Below, one piece after another: positions 9,798 to 20,965 of a stretch of 64,000 nt of DNA. Made by a program: the position numbers and the translations under genes. Within the stretch, counting starts at the first letter, position 1, and every line of letters starts with the position of its first letter. Source of the stretch: Chloroflexota bacterium (GTDB taxonomy: Bacteria; Chloroflexota; UBA11872; VXOZ01); NCBI GenBank assembly GCA_965221905.1, contig OZ244922.1:1248001-1312000 (forward strand), read 5' to 3'. The notes beneath the pieces are model-generated. The model had not been told where the DNA came from, searched no databases, and was given only the letters and a program-made list of their open reading frames with translations.

Positions 9798-10421
9798 ATG
9801 GATCTAGCGCTTGGCGCACCGATCTCTGCTGAAGATGGGGTCGCGCTTGGCACGCTTGGCGGCATTACCATCGATCCGCTTTCGCGTACCGTAAAGGCAA
9901 TCGTCTTGCACCTCGATCAGGCCCTGGTCGTTTTTGCGCCGGTGGAGGTGAAAGCCGTGCGCGAAGGGCGCGCAACCACTCCATCGACCTCCGCTGAAGG
10001 GATCGTGCGCGTGCAGGTGCCCCTGGCGCTGGTGCGCGGCGTTTCCGGTAAGGAGATTACGCTTGCCCTCAGCCAATCGGCCTTGGGCCGAGCCTTGTCC
10101 GCGTATCCAGACGTAGACTCGATCGCCGGCGTACCCCTGGTACTGCGTACGAGTGCGGATGGCAGTGTGTACGCGGCTGCGGCCGGGCTGCCGGATAGCT
10201 TTGTGCCCGATGCCGAACTGGATGGCAATACCTTTGTCCGGGATGTCTACGCCAAAGTGGGGCATTGGGACGAAATGCGTGTTGACCCATTCACGCAGAA
10301 GCTTCAGAGCCTGAGAGTGGCCGGTACGCTAACGAACAGGAGAGCGGAAAGCCGCATTCCTGCGCATGCCCTCGGCAGCATCCATCGCCGCTTCATCACC
10401 GTCAAGCTGCCGCTGTTTTAG
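9798..10421 (+). CDS. Hypothetical protein with PRC-barrel-like repeats
   Basis: GAPISAEDG..LGTL..ITIDP and VRD..KVGH..MRVDP resemble tandem PRC barrels; GGAG SD. Confidence 0.55.
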   Translation: MDLALGAPISAEDGVALGTLGGITIDPLSRTVKAIVLHLDQALVVFAPVEVKAVREGRATTPSTSAEGIVRVQVPLALVRGVSGKEITLALSQSALGRALSAYPDVDSIAGVPLVLRTSADGSVYAAAAGLPDSFVPDAELDGNTFVRDVYAKVGHWDEMRVDPFTQKLQSLRVAGTLTNRRAESRIPAHALGSIHRRFITVKLPLF

Positions 10422-10696
10422 GGCCCCAGGCTGACACACCGCACTGCCTTTTCTGATTGGTATACTGAGCGACGCAAGCTGGCGGCTCTCTCATTCACAC
10501 CGCTTGATGGTTCGCTCAAGGTCGAAAATTGCTGTGGCGAGGTAAGACGAGACCTCCACATGTTTTAGCCAGCGCCAGCAGTCCTGATTATTGGCTGTTC
10601 CACCCTGGCGAGCCAGTCCGAAAGCATGGCGAGCGACTTGCAGTAGCCCTGCCATGAAGTCTTCGTTACAATGAGTTCTGCAGAATTTGTACTCAA

Positions 10697-11779
10697 GTGA
10701 AACGACCGATGCTGGAACTAATCGCCGAACTTACAGCAGCACACTCCCCTGTCGGCAACGAACGGGAGATAGACGCTGTGCTTCGCAGGCATCTCGACCC
10801 CTTGCCTTTCGACGTCTGGCAGGATCCTGCCAGCAACCTCATAGTCAAGATCGCGGGTGCCGCCGGCGATTGCCCGTTGATCCTGGACGCCCATAAGGAC
10901 GAACTCGGTCTCATGATCAAGCGCATCGAAGACGACGGCAAGATACGGCTCGCGAATCTGGGCGGCGTGTATCCTTGGAAGTACGGTGAAGGCCCGATGG
11001 ACATTCTGGCAGATGAGGGCACTGTACCCGCCGTGCTTTGCTTTGGCGCGATGCACGTGACAGAAGAGAGCCCGATCCATGAGGTACGCATCGCTGGCGG
11101 TCGGCAGCTCAAGTGGTCGGATTGTTACCTTGATGCGAAGCTCAGTAAGAGCGAGCTCTTGGCACATGGCGTGCATCCCGGCTCTAAGGCGGTTGTCTCG
11201 CGTGAGCGCAAGCAGCCGGTGCGCATTGGCGACTACGTGGGCACGTATGCCTTGGACGATAAGGGCGCGGTTGCAATTCTCATTTCTCTGGCAACACTGC
11301 TTGCCGGCAGCCCTCCGCCGCAGGACGTGTACCTGGTGTTTTCGAGTACGGAAGAGAACGCCGGCGGCGGCGGTCCTTTTGCGGCGCGCACGTTACCGGG
11401 AGATACGTACATAGCGTTGGAAATCGCGCCGGTGGCGGCGGAGTATGGCTTGGTGGCCGGCAGCGCCCCGGTACTGGTGTATAAGGACGCCTACAACGTC
11501 TACGACGAGGGATTGCTCCGGCGCTTTGCGGCTTTGGCTAAGGAGCTCAATCTCGAAGTGCAACACGCCGCCTTCGACTCCTACGGCACCAACGCCTCGA
11601 TAGCCCGCAAGGTAGCCGCAATCGGGCGGATCGCGGCGGTTGCTTTCCCGTGTGAGAACACCCACGGCTTCGAGATGATCCATCTCGACGCGCTGACGAA
11701 TCTCACGACGTTGCTGCTCGCGTTCATCAACCGCTGGCCGGCCATTCTTCAGGAAGAGCCGACGTCGCCGGACGCTTAG
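10697..11779 (+). CDS. M42 family metallopeptidase/endoglucanase-like
   Basis: AHKDE, LDDKG, STEE and THGFE metal-binding motifs. Confidence 0.9.
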   Translation: MKRPMLELIAELTAAHSPVGNEREIDAVLRRHLDPLPFDVWQDPASNLIVKIAGAAGDCPLILDAHKDELGLMIKRIEDDGKIRLANLGGVYPWKYGEGPMDILADEGTVPAVLCFGAMHVTEESPIHEVRIAGGRQLKWSDCYLDAKLSKSELLAHGVHPGSKAVVSRERKQPVRIGDYVGTYALDDKGAVAILISLATLLAGSPPPQDVYLVFSSTEENAGGGGPFAARTLPGDTYIALEIAPVAAEYGLVAGSAPVLVYKDAYNVYDEGLLRRFAALAKELNLEVQHAAFDSYGTNASIARKVAAIGRIAAVAFPCENTHGFEMIHLDALTNLTTLLLAFINRWPAILQEEPTSPDA

Positions 11780-11917
11780 GCCGCTCGCAGTGCCGGTGGC
11801 AGGTCCACCCGGCGCAGCTTGAATGGGACTCTCGTCCCACCTAGAATGGTGGCTGAGCAGTCCTAATCCACGTGGTCGGATTTTGGCGGGAATCTCACGC
11901 CGGAGATCAGTGTCCCG

Positions 11918-14482
11918 ATGCCCAAAGCCTCCTCCCGGAGCATGACGCCGATACAAGAACAGTACTACCGCATCAAGCAAGACTACCCTGATGCGCTCCT
12001 CTTCTTTCGCCTCGGCGACTTCTACGAACTCTTTGGCGATGATGCCAAGATAGCGTCCGAAACCTTGCAGATCGTGCTAACCGCGCGCGAATTCGGCAAG
12101 AGCGAGAAGATGCCGATGTGCGGCGTGCCCGCTCATGCAGCCGAAGCCTACCTGGGTCGTTTACTCGCAGCCGGACACCGCGTCGCCATTTGCGAACAGG
12201 TCTCTGAGCCGGGGCGAGGGTTGGTGGAGCGGGCTGTTGTACGTGTTGCTACGCCGGGCACGATCGTGGACCCCGATCTGCTGGCGGCAAAAGAGAATAC
12301 GTACGTGGCTGCCATCCTAAACGATAAGAAGGGCGTAGGGCTGGCGTACGCCGATGTCAGCACGGGGGAGTTCGCTGCTACCGAGGTCCGAGAAGACATT
12401 GACGCTGTGCTTGCTGCTGAGTTTGGGCGACTGAAACCGGCGGAGTGCGTATTCCCCGAAGGCAGGACGCCGAATCTGCCATCCACTGCGCTCACCCCTT
12501 ATGCCTCTTGGCATTTCGATTTGCAGGAGGCGACAAGCACGCTGCTGCGCGTGCTTGGGGTCGGCACGCTCGACGGTTTTGGCTGTGGCGACCTGCCGTT
12601 AGCGACACGCGCCGCCGGTGGGCTGCTGGCGTACCTGGAAGAGACTCAGAAGTCGTTCCTTGGCGGCCTTGACGGGCTGCGCACCTATTCCCTTGATTCC
12701 TTCATGGGCTTGGACCCCGCCACCTTGCGCAACCTGGAAATCTTGCGCAATAACCGCACCCAGCAGGAAGAGGGTTCGCTGCTCGGCGTCCTGGATGACA
12801 CGCGTTCCGCGATGGGCGGACGCCTGCTCCGCCGGTGGCTCACGCAGCCCTTGGTGGAGGTGCCGGCAATCGAATCGCGCCTCGCTACGGTCGAAGCCTT
12901 GACGCAGAATCAAGTGCTGCTGGAGCGGATGCGTGAGCAACTTGGAAAACTCGCTGACGTCGAGCGGCTTGCCCATCGCGCCGTGCAACGACTGGCAACA
13001 CCCCAAGACCTGGCGCGCCTGGGTCGGTCGCTGGAGGCGGCAGCAAGGATCGAGGAACTTCTGAACGCGTCTTTGGCAGCCCCTATCCAGGATCGTGCGG
13101 CGCACCTCGATCCGGCCCCTGAGGTAGCGGCATTGATCGCCAGTTCGATTGGTGCGGAACCGGGGCAATCATCAATCAAGCCGGGCTATAGCACGGAACT
13201 GGATCAACTCGTGCGGCGTGCACAAGAAGCGCGCGCCTTCATCGCAAGCCTGGAAGCGAAAGAACGGCACGCCACCGGCATCAAGAACCTTAGAGTCGGC
13301 CATAACAGGGTCTACGGTTACTACCTCGAAGTGAGCAAGGGCGCGTTAGCCAACGTGCCGGAACGCTATATGCGCAAACAGACCCTCACGACCGGCGAGC
13401 GCTATAGCACCACGGAATTGCAGGATGCAGAGTCCCTGACTCTAAATGCGGAAGAGGAACAGACCGCGCTGGAACAACAGCTCTTTAGCGGCATTGTGGT
13501 GAGTGTGGCGGCGGAGGAGCGGCGATTACGGAAACTGGCACATGTCCTCGCCGGGCTTGACGTCTTTGCCGCGTTCGCTAGGATCGCAGTGCGCCGCAAC
13601 TACGTGCGTCCGGTGGTGGATGGGGGTGACTGTATCGAGATCATCGAGGGGCGTCATCCGGTAGTAGAGGTGACACTGGATGGCGCGCCGTTCATTCCCA
13701 ATGACGTGCGGCTAGATGCCGCGCAACAGATCATCGTGCTTACCGGGCCGAACATGGCGGGAAAGTCAACCTATCTCCGACAGGTAGCGCTGACGGTGCT
13801 CATGGCTCAGGTTGGCAGTTTCGTAGCGGCTCGATCAGCGCGCATTGGTATCGTGGACCGCATTTTTACGCGGGTGGGGGCGCAGGATGAGATAGCGTCC
13901 GGCGCGAGCACGTTCATGGTAGAGATGACGGAAACAAGCTACATCCTCACCCATGCTACGCCGCGATCGCTCGTGGTCTTTGACGAGGTCGGACGCGGCA
14001 CCAGCACCTACGACGGACTGGCAATTGCCCGTGCTGTCCTGGAATACCTGCATAATCACACGGGTCTCCATTCCAAGACCCTATTTGCTACCCATTTCCA
14101 CGAGCTTGCCGAGTTGGAAGGTACCTTGCCTCGCGTGAAGAATTCCCGCGTGGATGTGCTGGAAGAGCAAGGAAACGTGGTCTTCTTACACAAAGTGGTG
14201 CCCGGCGGAGCGGACCGATCCTACGGCGTCAACGTGGCGAAGCTCGCCGGGTTGCCACGCTCGGTGCTGCGGCGCGCGGAGCAGGTACTGCATGAACTGG
14301 AAGAGAGGCATTTGCGCGGCGAAACTGCGCCAGGACCCCGATTGAACGGTACGGATCAACTGCCGCTCTTTAGCGGCCCGCACCCGGTGGTAACGCAATT
14401 GCAGGAACTCGACGTAGATGCCATGACCCCGCTGGAAGCGATAAGCACGCTGTATGAACTCAAGAAGCGGGCGGAAGAGTAG
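11918..14482 (+). CDS. mutS: DNA mismatch repair protein MutS
   Basis: GDFYELF, TGPNMAGKST, STFMVEM, DEVGRGTS, FATHFHEL, MTPLEA. Confidence 0.98.
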   Translation: MPKASSRSMTPIQEQYYRIKQDYPDALLFFRLGDFYELFGDDAKIASETLQIVLTAREFGKSEKMPMCGVPAHAAEAYLGRLLAAGHRVAICEQVSEPGRGLVERAVVRVATPGTIVDPDLLAAKENTYVAAILNDKKGVGLAYADVSTGEFAATEVREDIDAVLAAEFGRLKPAECVFPEGRTPNLPSTALTPYASWHFDLQEATSTLLRVLGVGTLDGFGCGDLPLATRAAGGLLAYLEETQKSFLGGLDGLRTYSLDSFMGLDPATLRNLEILRNNRTQQEEGSLLGVLDDTRSAMGGRLLRRWLTQPLVEVPAIESRLATVEALTQNQVLLERMREQLGKLADVERLAHRAVQRLATPQDLARLGRSLEAAARIEELLNASLAAPIQDRAAHLDPAPEVAALIASSIGAEPGQSSIKPGYSTELDQLVRRAQEARAFIASLEAKERHATGIKNLRVGHNRVYGYYLEVSKGALANVPERYMRKQTLTTGERYSTTELQDAESLTLNAEEEQTALEQQLFSGIVVSVAAEERRLRKLAHVLAGLDVFAAFARIAVRRNYVRPVVDGGDCIEIIEGRHPVVEVTLDGAPFIPNDVRLDAAQQIIVLTGPNMAGKSTYLRQVALTVLMAQVGSFVAARSARIGIVDRIFTRVGAQDEIASGASTFMVEMTETSYILTHATPRSLVVFDEVGRGTSTYDGLAIARAVLEYLHNHTGLHSKTLFATHFHELAELEGTLPRVKNSRVDVLEEQGNVVFLHKVVPGGADRSYGVNVAKLAGLPRSVLRRAEQVLHELEERHLRGETAPGPRLNGTDQLPLFSGPHPVVTQLQELDVDAMTPLEAISTLYELKKRAEE

Positions 14483-14694
14483 GTCGCGTAAGCCCTTGAG
14501 AAGCGCGCAGGTCCGGGAAAGTGAACTCGCGCCGTACTAGCCGGTGCCGTAAGCGGCGCCAAGTTCCGCTTAACCAGGGCTGGCGCGCGGTGCGTAGTTG
14601 CTCGCGGCCAGTCAGCCTTAGACAGTTTGCTAGAGAATTGTGTTGCGTAGCTCTGCTGATTTCCCTGGGTTGGGGATCTGGATTGGCAGCAGTC

Positions 14695-14733
14695 ACCCTC
14701 ACCCCGGCCCTCTTCCTCTTGTGTGGGAGAGGG
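14695..14733. repeat. REP-like hairpin (CCCTCACCCC..GGGAGAGGG type)
   Basis: caccctcaccccggccctcttcc...gggagaggg; related element at 33576-33614. Confidence 0.6.
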
Positions 14734-14904
14734 CATTTTCAGATTTTAGACAAAAAGAGCTTGTTTCGGAACATAGTTACGTTTGAAACAAGGTCATGCA
14801 TCGGTCCCCACAAGGAAATGCAACGGTCCCCCCGATTAATTTCAGGGGTCTCTACGAGGAATAGGAGATACGCCAATTCCGATCAGGGCCAGGCGAGGGC
14901 CTGT

Positions 14905-16302
14905 TCAAGGCAGTGGAAATGGTTCCCGCCCTGAAAGTCGGAAGAAGATGAAGGTATCGCCCCCAAAGTGGCGATTGAGGGATTCATTCAAGCGAATCGT
15001 CACCGGCTCTTGGCGGGAATCGAACTGCAACCTACCATACACGTCGTATCCTAAGTAGCCGGGCGGCAGCGTTAGCTCTCGTGGCTGGCCCCGTTGGTCG
15101 TTCACCCACACCACCCAACCCTCTAGGTCTTGTTCCTCATCGGGCATTAGCGGCGGACGGACGAACCGCACGGTTGTGAGACCGCTTTCGCGGTTAATGC
15201 TCGACCAAGCGCTGGCTCCCGCCAGGAGGCTTGTCATGAAGCGAAAGGCCGTAAGTGCCGGACGGGGAAGGATGCCGCCGACGTTGTCTACGTACTCAGT
15301 TAGGCCTTTCCTGCTCTCGAATCCGGCGGCGCCAATGGTGTCGATGGCCCCAAAGTAGAAGGCTTGTCTGGCGATACTGGCCGTCGCGGAAGCGAGGAGT
15401 TGAGCGACGGTGCGAGACTGTTCGTCCGGCGCAATGCGCCGCTCGTCTTCTGCTCCCTGGCGCACGATGGTTCCGTCCCCGGTCACGTCGCCGTAATGAC
15501 CAAGCTCCCCGATGATAAGCGGTAGATGGTTCTGCGTGATATTGCCCACGGCGACGCTGATCTCCGCCAGCCATGGTTGGAGCAGGTCGGGATGATCGTA
15601 GAAGTGCACGAGCAGCGCATCCGGCAGCACTCTTCGACCCAAGAGCAAGCCTAATACTACCTGCAGGAACGACCGCGTATCACGCCAGGTGCGGTATGCT
15701 TCGCCGTACATGTAGACGCTCACTAGAGGATCGCGCTGTTTCACGGCGCGGTGGCCCGATACGAAGCGGTCTACGTACCATTGCATGCGTTGGATATCTT
15801 CGGTATAGATGTCGTGCAGATTTTCTTCATTGCCGATGATGATTGCGCTGGGCTCGAATTCGCCGGCGAGATTGCCGAGGTAACGTCCAAAAGGATCAGC
15901 GCCGATGTCTTTGGGAATTGGCACAACGAGGTGCTTTTGCCACCGGCCGAGTTGCGTTATTTCCCGGCGCAGACCGTAGAGGTTGGCGTCGGTGAGTTCC
16001 TCGAAAATCCCTTCGCGCCTGCGCTCCAGGTAGAGGCCGGCTGTGGTGTCGACGGCCAATGCACCCGTGACAAAGCCATCGGGCGCGAGCATGCCGGGGT
16101 TAACGGTTATGCGGTGCGACAGGCGGTAGGCCATGGCCGCTGAGGGGCGGTCAGTGAGGCCAAGCTTGATCAACTCCTGTCCCTGGCCGAGCCCGAGCCG
16201 AAAGTTGAGATTGGATTGCTTAACACGCCGATGCAGCGCCAGCAACTGGAAGTCTTGCGATGCTCGCGCCGGGTTAAAGAGCGATGCGGGGCGGAGACTC
16301 AT
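14905..16302 (-). CDS. Hypothetical protein, putative clan GH-A glycoside hydrolase fold
   Basis: IIIGNEEN (acid/base-like), VHFY, LIIGELG (nucleophile-like) spacing. Confidence 0.55.
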   Translation of the reverse strand: MSLRPASLFNPARASQDFQLLALHRRVKQSNLNFRLGLGQGQELIKLGLTDRPSAAMAYRLSHRITVNPGMLAPDGFVTGALAVDTTAGLYLERRREGIFEELTDANLYGLRREITQLGRWQKHLVVPIPKDIGADPFGRYLGNLAGEFEPSAIIIGNEENLHDIYTEDIQRMQWYVDRFVSGHRAVKQRDPLVSVYMYGEAYRTWRDTRSFLQVVLGLLLGRRVLPDALLVHFYDHPDLLQPWLAEISVAVGNITQNHLPLIIGELGHYGDVTGDGTIVRQGAEDERRIAPDEQSRTVAQLLASATASIARQAFYFGAIDTIGAAGFESRKGLTEYVDNVGGILPRPALTAFRFMTSLLAGASAWSSINRESGLTTVRFVRPPLMPDEEQDLEGWVVWVNDQRGQPRELTLPPGYLGYDVYGRLQFDSRQEPVTIRLNESLNRHFGGDTFIFFRLSGREPFPLP

Positions 16303-16699
16303 ATGGGTGTGCCTTCCCCGGTAACGGTGCTAATGCCCTAAGGGAGGTGAATGGGAAGTGTACGTTCCAAACGGGAGAATTTCGGAGAAATTAGGAGAAT
16401 GGGAGCGCAACGATCAGAAACTTACTCAATTAGTATACCGAATTCACGACCAAAGTGAAAGAAGGCAGCTTTGTATAGCCAACATACTGCAATGTGATCG
16501 GGCTTCTCTAAGTGATTGGGCAGAGTCGATGGGAGAACAAGAGAATGCCCTCGGAGGCGGAATGGCAGAGCGCCCCGTGAGATGCCCTTATTTCTTGACA
16601 ATGTGGCGTCCGCTGCACCATAGTCTTGGTAAGCGTGGGTGGTTTCTGCCAAGCGCTGTGAATCGGCAGGCGGCGGTGTAGCATGATGGAGGGAGTGTT

Positions 16700-17521
16700 A
16701 TGGCAGCGTTAGCGGTTTCAACACGGCGTATTGTTCATGAACCAAGCGCGCCGGACCTCCCTTTTCGCGAGGAACACTTCGGCTACCGCTTCAATGACCT
16801 GAAAGTGCCGCCGGAGCAGGCCGGCATTGTGCTGGTTGATTGCTGGGACATCCACATTACGGCGAGTCACGTGGAACGGACGTCTCAGATTTGCCGAGAG
16901 CGGATAAGGCCGGTGCTGGACGCCTGCCGCGATATTGGTGTAACCGTTATTCACGCGCCCTCGCCAAATGTGGCGCACAAGTTTCCCCAGTGGCTGCGCT
17001 ATGCAGGCGACAGCGAGCTGGCGTCACAGCCGCAATCCGCGCCGGCCTGGCCGCCTGAAGACTTTGCGAAGCGCAAAGGGGAGTGGGCGCACCTGCGCGC
17101 CGATCGTACGGAAACGTGGGCCGATGAAATCGAGCAGATCAATCAGGACCGCTACATCGACGATTCAGTGTTTCCGCAACCGGACGACTTTGTGATCGCC
17201 AATGGCCATCAACTCCACCGGCTCTGTGCGCACCGTAAGCTTCTCTATCTCTTTTACGTGGGCTTTGCCACCAATCTCTGTATTCCGCACCGCGACTACG
17301 GCATGATTGCCATGCGCGAGCGCGGCTACGGCCTCACCCTGCTGCGCGATTGCACTACCGGCATCGAAACAGGCGAGACAATTGACGGTCTCCTCAGCAC
17401 GAACATTGCGATCCACGACTACGAGTTGCGGGACATTGCGGGAACGATAACGTCTGCCGAGTTTTTGGCCGCAGCGCAGCCGTTGCGCACCGGCGCAGCA
17501 ATTGGCGCGGAAGCGCAATAG
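16700..17521 (+). CDS. Isochorismatase-like cysteine hydrolase
   Basis: VLVDCWD, VIHAPS, GFATNLCI, LLRDCT. Confidence 0.8.
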   Translation: MAALAVSTRRIVHEPSAPDLPFREEHFGYRFNDLKVPPEQAGIVLVDCWDIHITASHVERTSQICRERIRPVLDACRDIGVTVIHAPSPNVAHKFPQWLRYAGDSELASQPQSAPAWPPEDFAKRKGEWAHLRADRTETWADEIEQINQDRYIDDSVFPQPDDFVIANGHQLHRLCAHRKLLYLFYVGFATNLCIPHRDYGMIAMRERGYGLTLLRDCTTGIETGETIDGLLSTNIAIHDYELRDIAGTITSAEFLAAAQPLRTGAAIGAEAQ

Positions 17522-17675
17522 ATGTCTGACTCTTCTAATTCTTACGGCGCTGTGGTGCAAGCTGCGCACGAGTATTGCTCAAGCAGGTTTAGGATGGTTC
17601 TCGTCTTGCGAGGCAGGAATGACTCTTGAACATATGGGCAAACTGAAGACGGTCTTGAGATTAAAGGAATAGGCA

Positions 17676-18845
17676 ATGGATGAAATCCGGATTGGTGTGA
17701 CCGGTTTGGGGAGTCGCGGTCTTCACTGGATACGCTTGCTGCAGAGTGTGCCGGGCTACCGTATTGTCGCGCTCTGTGATCCAATCACTGCCACACATGA
17801 GCGTGCGCTCGCTGCTCTCAACGATAGCGACGGTGTAGCCACCTACGCGCAGTACGAAGATATACTCGCTGATCCGGACGTGGAAGCCATCGCCTTGACC
17901 GTGCGCAGCCCGCGCCAGGGCGCGCTGGCGGCGCAGGCCCTCGAGGCCGGCAAGCACGTCGACGCGGAAGTGCCGGCGGCGCACTATATCGAGGACTGCT
18001 GGCGCATTGTCGTGGCCGCTGAACGCTCCGGCAAGGTCTACCAGTTGGCGGAGCAGACGCGCTACATGGGAGTAATGCAAGCCTGGCACGATATGGTGGC
18101 GGAAGGCCAACTCGGTAGGGTTACCTTTGTCGAGGGGCAATATTTCCACTACTACGTCTCCCAATTCTTCTGGGAAAAGGAGACCGGCACGTTTTACGGC
18201 CCCACGGAAGTTCCCGATCACCCCGAGGCCGAGCCTACGTGGAGTGCGCTCATGCCCTCTATCAACTATCTGCCGCACGAGTTGAGTCCGCTGTTGTACG
18301 TGCTCGACGACCGGGTGGTGTCGGTTACGGGCATGAGTACGCAGGGTCCAAGCTACGCGCACCCCGTAATCCCCCAACCGGACATGCAGGTCAGCTTGAT
18401 GAAGACCGAGAAGGACGCCATATTGCGGTTGGCCGCGAGCTTTGCGCAGCCGCAACCGCCGCGTGACTACCACTGGTATCAAATCATGGGGACGCAGGGG
18501 TCCGTGGAATGGCGGCGGTCCGCCCGGGAGCGACCGAAGATGTGGCTTGCAAAGGCCCAGATGCACGATATGGCGGAGGTGGACTGGCAGTTTCAGCGCA
18601 CGGACGCCCCCGCTGAGGCGCGCGGCAGCGGCCACGGTGACGCCGATTACTACGTGCACGCGGCGTTTCGGGATGCCGTGAGGGGCACGAGGCCGCTGGA
18701 GTTTGACCTCTATCGCGCGATGGATACCGCGGCGCCGGCCATCTTGGCCGCGGAGTCGATTGCGCAGAATTCAAAGCTCTTGTCGGTGCCGGACTTTCGG
18801 CCCAGTGCGGCGCGGCCTGCCGGCACAATGCCATCGGAATCGTAG
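17676..18845 (+). CDS. Gfo/Idh/MocA oxidoreductase
   Basis: IGVTGLGSRG Rossmann motif; AGKHVDAEVP. Confidence 0.9.
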   Translation: MDEIRIGVTGLGSRGLHWIRLLQSVPGYRIVALCDPITATHERALAALNDSDGVATYAQYEDILADPDVEAIALTVRSPRQGALAAQALEAGKHVDAEVPAAHYIEDCWRIVVAAERSGKVYQLAEQTRYMGVMQAWHDMVAEGQLGRVTFVEGQYFHYYVSQFFWEKETGTFYGPTEVPDHPEAEPTWSALMPSINYLPHELSPLLYVLDDRVVSVTGMSTQGPSYAHPVIPQPDMQVSLMKTEKDAILRLAASFAQPQPPRDYHWYQIMGTQGSVEWRRSARERPKMWLAKAQMHDMAEVDWQFQRTDAPAEARGSGHGDADYYVHAAFRDAVRGTRPLEFDLYRAMDTAAPAILAAESIAQNSKLLSVPDFRPSAARPAGTMPSES

Positions 18846-18911
18846 GTGGACGGAGAACTAACGCAAAATGGTGACACAAAGTAGCTAGCGTAGCGAGGAG
18901 AATTATCGGTT

Positions 18912-19712
18912 ATGGAGATTCAACTTGGATGTTTTACTCGCCCCTGGCGGGAATTTGGTGTTGAGGCCGCGGCTGCTGGGATGCGGGCAGCCGGATTCAA
19001 GTATTTTGGGCCAATGAGTATGGGGCCGACGCGCCTCGTTGACTACAATTCAACACCGGATGAGGTGGCGGCGATTGAGCGTACAGTGAGGGATGCCGGC
19101 CTCAAGTTCGCGATCATGATGGCTACCTACCCTCTTACGAGCGTAGAAGAGGGCGTGGCAGCGCTCAACCGCGAGCTCGATTACGTGGCACAGCTTGGTT
19201 TTCGTCACGTTATGACCGGTGGCGCTTCCGATCCCGCACAGTACGACACCTACTACGCCATCATGCGCGAGTGTGCTGAATATGCGTTGCACAAGGGAAT
19301 CACCCTCATGCTCAAGCCCCACGGCGGCCTGAGCAATACGACGCGGGAAACCATCGAATCGTGGAAGAAGGTGAATCACCAGAATTTCAAGATATGCTAC
19401 GACGCGGGTAACTTGCTCTTCTACGCCGGTGAGGACCCGCTGGCGCATATTCGCGAAATCGCTCCAATCGTGGGCGCTATGTGCATCAAGGACGAAGTGG
19501 GCGGTCAGAAAGGCGACGTGATGGTCACGCCGGGTGACGGCCTAGTGAACTTTCCCGCGGTGTTCAGCGCGCTCAAGGACGCGGGTTTTGCCGGCCCGTG
19601 CGTGGTTGAGTGTTTGAGCGGCGAGGCCCTTGACGAGGTTAACCACCAGGCCAAACGCGCGCGCCACTTCTTGGAGGACACCCTGGCCGCAGTCGGGTAT
19701 GTGGTAGACTAG
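18912..19712 (+). CDS. Sugar phosphate isomerase/epimerase (xylose isomerase-like TIM barrel)
   Basis: LKPHGG, YDAGN, IKD, PGDGLVNF...VVE. Confidence 0.85.
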   Translation: MEIQLGCFTRPWREFGVEAAAAGMRAAGFKYFGPMSMGPTRLVDYNSTPDEVAAIERTVRDAGLKFAIMMATYPLTSVEEGVAALNRELDYVAQLGFRHVMTGGASDPAQYDTYYAIMRECAEYALHKGITLMLKPHGGLSNTTRETIESWKKVNHQNFKICYDAGNLLFYAGEDPLAHIREIAPIVGAMCIKDEVGGQKGDVMVTPGDGLVNFPAVFSALKDAGFAGPCVVECLSGEALDEVNHQAKRARHFLEDTLAAVGYVVD

Positions 19713-19721
19713 GAGATTCTT

Positions 19722-20348
19722 ATGGCGATTATCACCCTTTCACGGCAACTTGGCACCGGCGAAGTCGAATTCACGGACAAGCTAACCGACACGCTTGGTT
19801 ACCCTCTCTACGATGACAGGCTCATCCAGCAAGTCGCCGCGGAACTCGAAGTGCACACGGGAGTGGTGCGGGCGTTCGACGAGCGGCTAGAGCCCAGCGC
19901 AATTCAAAGTGTGCTGTCCCGAATCACGGGAGGGAATGTGCGGCGCCAACTGTCGACGCGGCGTGAAGAGGGTGGCGTGCGGCCCGAGATTGTCCGCACA
20001 GCGCTGCGCTCGGTGGTTCGCGAGATTGCCCGGCGTGACAACGCTATCATTGTCGGACGGGGCGCGGGCATTATCCTCGGAGACTTGCGCGGCGTGCTGA
20101 GACTGCGTCTTGTCGCTCCCCTTGAATTTCGCGCCCGTCATCACGCCAGGACGATCGGAATGAACCTCGGCGAGGCTGAGGAAGTAGCGCAGGGCTCCGA
20201 TAGGGAGCGCCGCAATTACATTCGCCGCATGTTCAACGTGGATTGGGATGATCCGTCCCTCTATGACTTTGTCATAAATTCGGCACGAACCGATAGTGAC
20301 GCGGCCGTGAGGATCGTCTCCAAGATCATGGAAGAGAAGCAACTGTAG
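19722..20348 (+). CDS. Cytidylate kinase-like family protein
   Basis: IITLSRQLGTG, IIVGRGA, YDFVINS. Confidence 0.85.
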   Translation: MAIITLSRQLGTGEVEFTDKLTDTLGYPLYDDRLIQQVAAELEVHTGVVRAFDERLEPSAIQSVLSRITGGNVRRQLSTRREEGGVRPEIVRTALRSVVREIARRDNAIIVGRGAGIILGDLRGVLRLRLVAPLEFRARHHARTIGMNLGEAEEVAQGSDRERRNYIRRMFNVDWDDPSLYDFVINSARTDSDAAVRIVSKIMEEKQL

Positions 20349-20563
20349 GTAGCCGCGGGAATTAAGAGTCTACGCACGGAGAAGCGGTTGATTTCCGCCA
20401 TATTCGTGTGACTGCCCCGGCGTGCCCGCGCCGGGCCCGTTCCCGTTGCGAGAACAGGCAAGCCCTACCGCGCCCGGCTGCTTAGGCGGGCCGTCCGGTG
20501 ATGACCGCAGTGATGAATGCCAATACCCGGGCAGGCGCAGGTTCGGTCGACGTGCGGCCCTCG

Positions 20564-20965
20564 TTACGAAGTCGGTTCGCGGTGGCGCTGCATAGCAAAC
20601 CGCATGGCCCGCGTTACCGCGCTGCTGTCCACCTGACCCTTAACGAGGTAGTCTTGTGCACCGTTCCTGAGCGCTTCAAGGCCGGTCTCTTCATCGTTGA
20701 GACCCGTGAGCACGACTATGGGAATCGTAGGAGCGGCACTCACCATCGCGCGTATGGTATCCATGCCGTGGCTGTCCGGCAGCGCAAGGTCAAGCAGGAT
20801 AACGTCGTAGGGCTCTACTTTCGTCTGCTCGTTTGCCTCAGCGAGTCGCGTCACGTGCGTAACATCGAACTGCATGTTCGGCACCTGTTCTAGCAGCTCG
20901 TAGAGCAGTTCAGCGTCACCGCTATCGTCTTCCACAAGGAGGATTTCGAAGATATTCGTGTCCAT
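20564..20965 (-). CDS. Single-domain response regulator
   Basis: LLVEDD, LLDLALPD, VLTG, GAQDYLVK. Confidence 0.9.
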   Translation of the reverse strand: MDTNIFEILLVEDDSGDAELLYELLEQVPNMQFDVTHVTRLAEANEQTKVEPYDVILLDLALPDSHGMDTIRAMVSAAPTIPIVVLTGLNDEETGLEALRNGAQDYLVKGQVDSSAVTRAMRFAMQRHREPTS

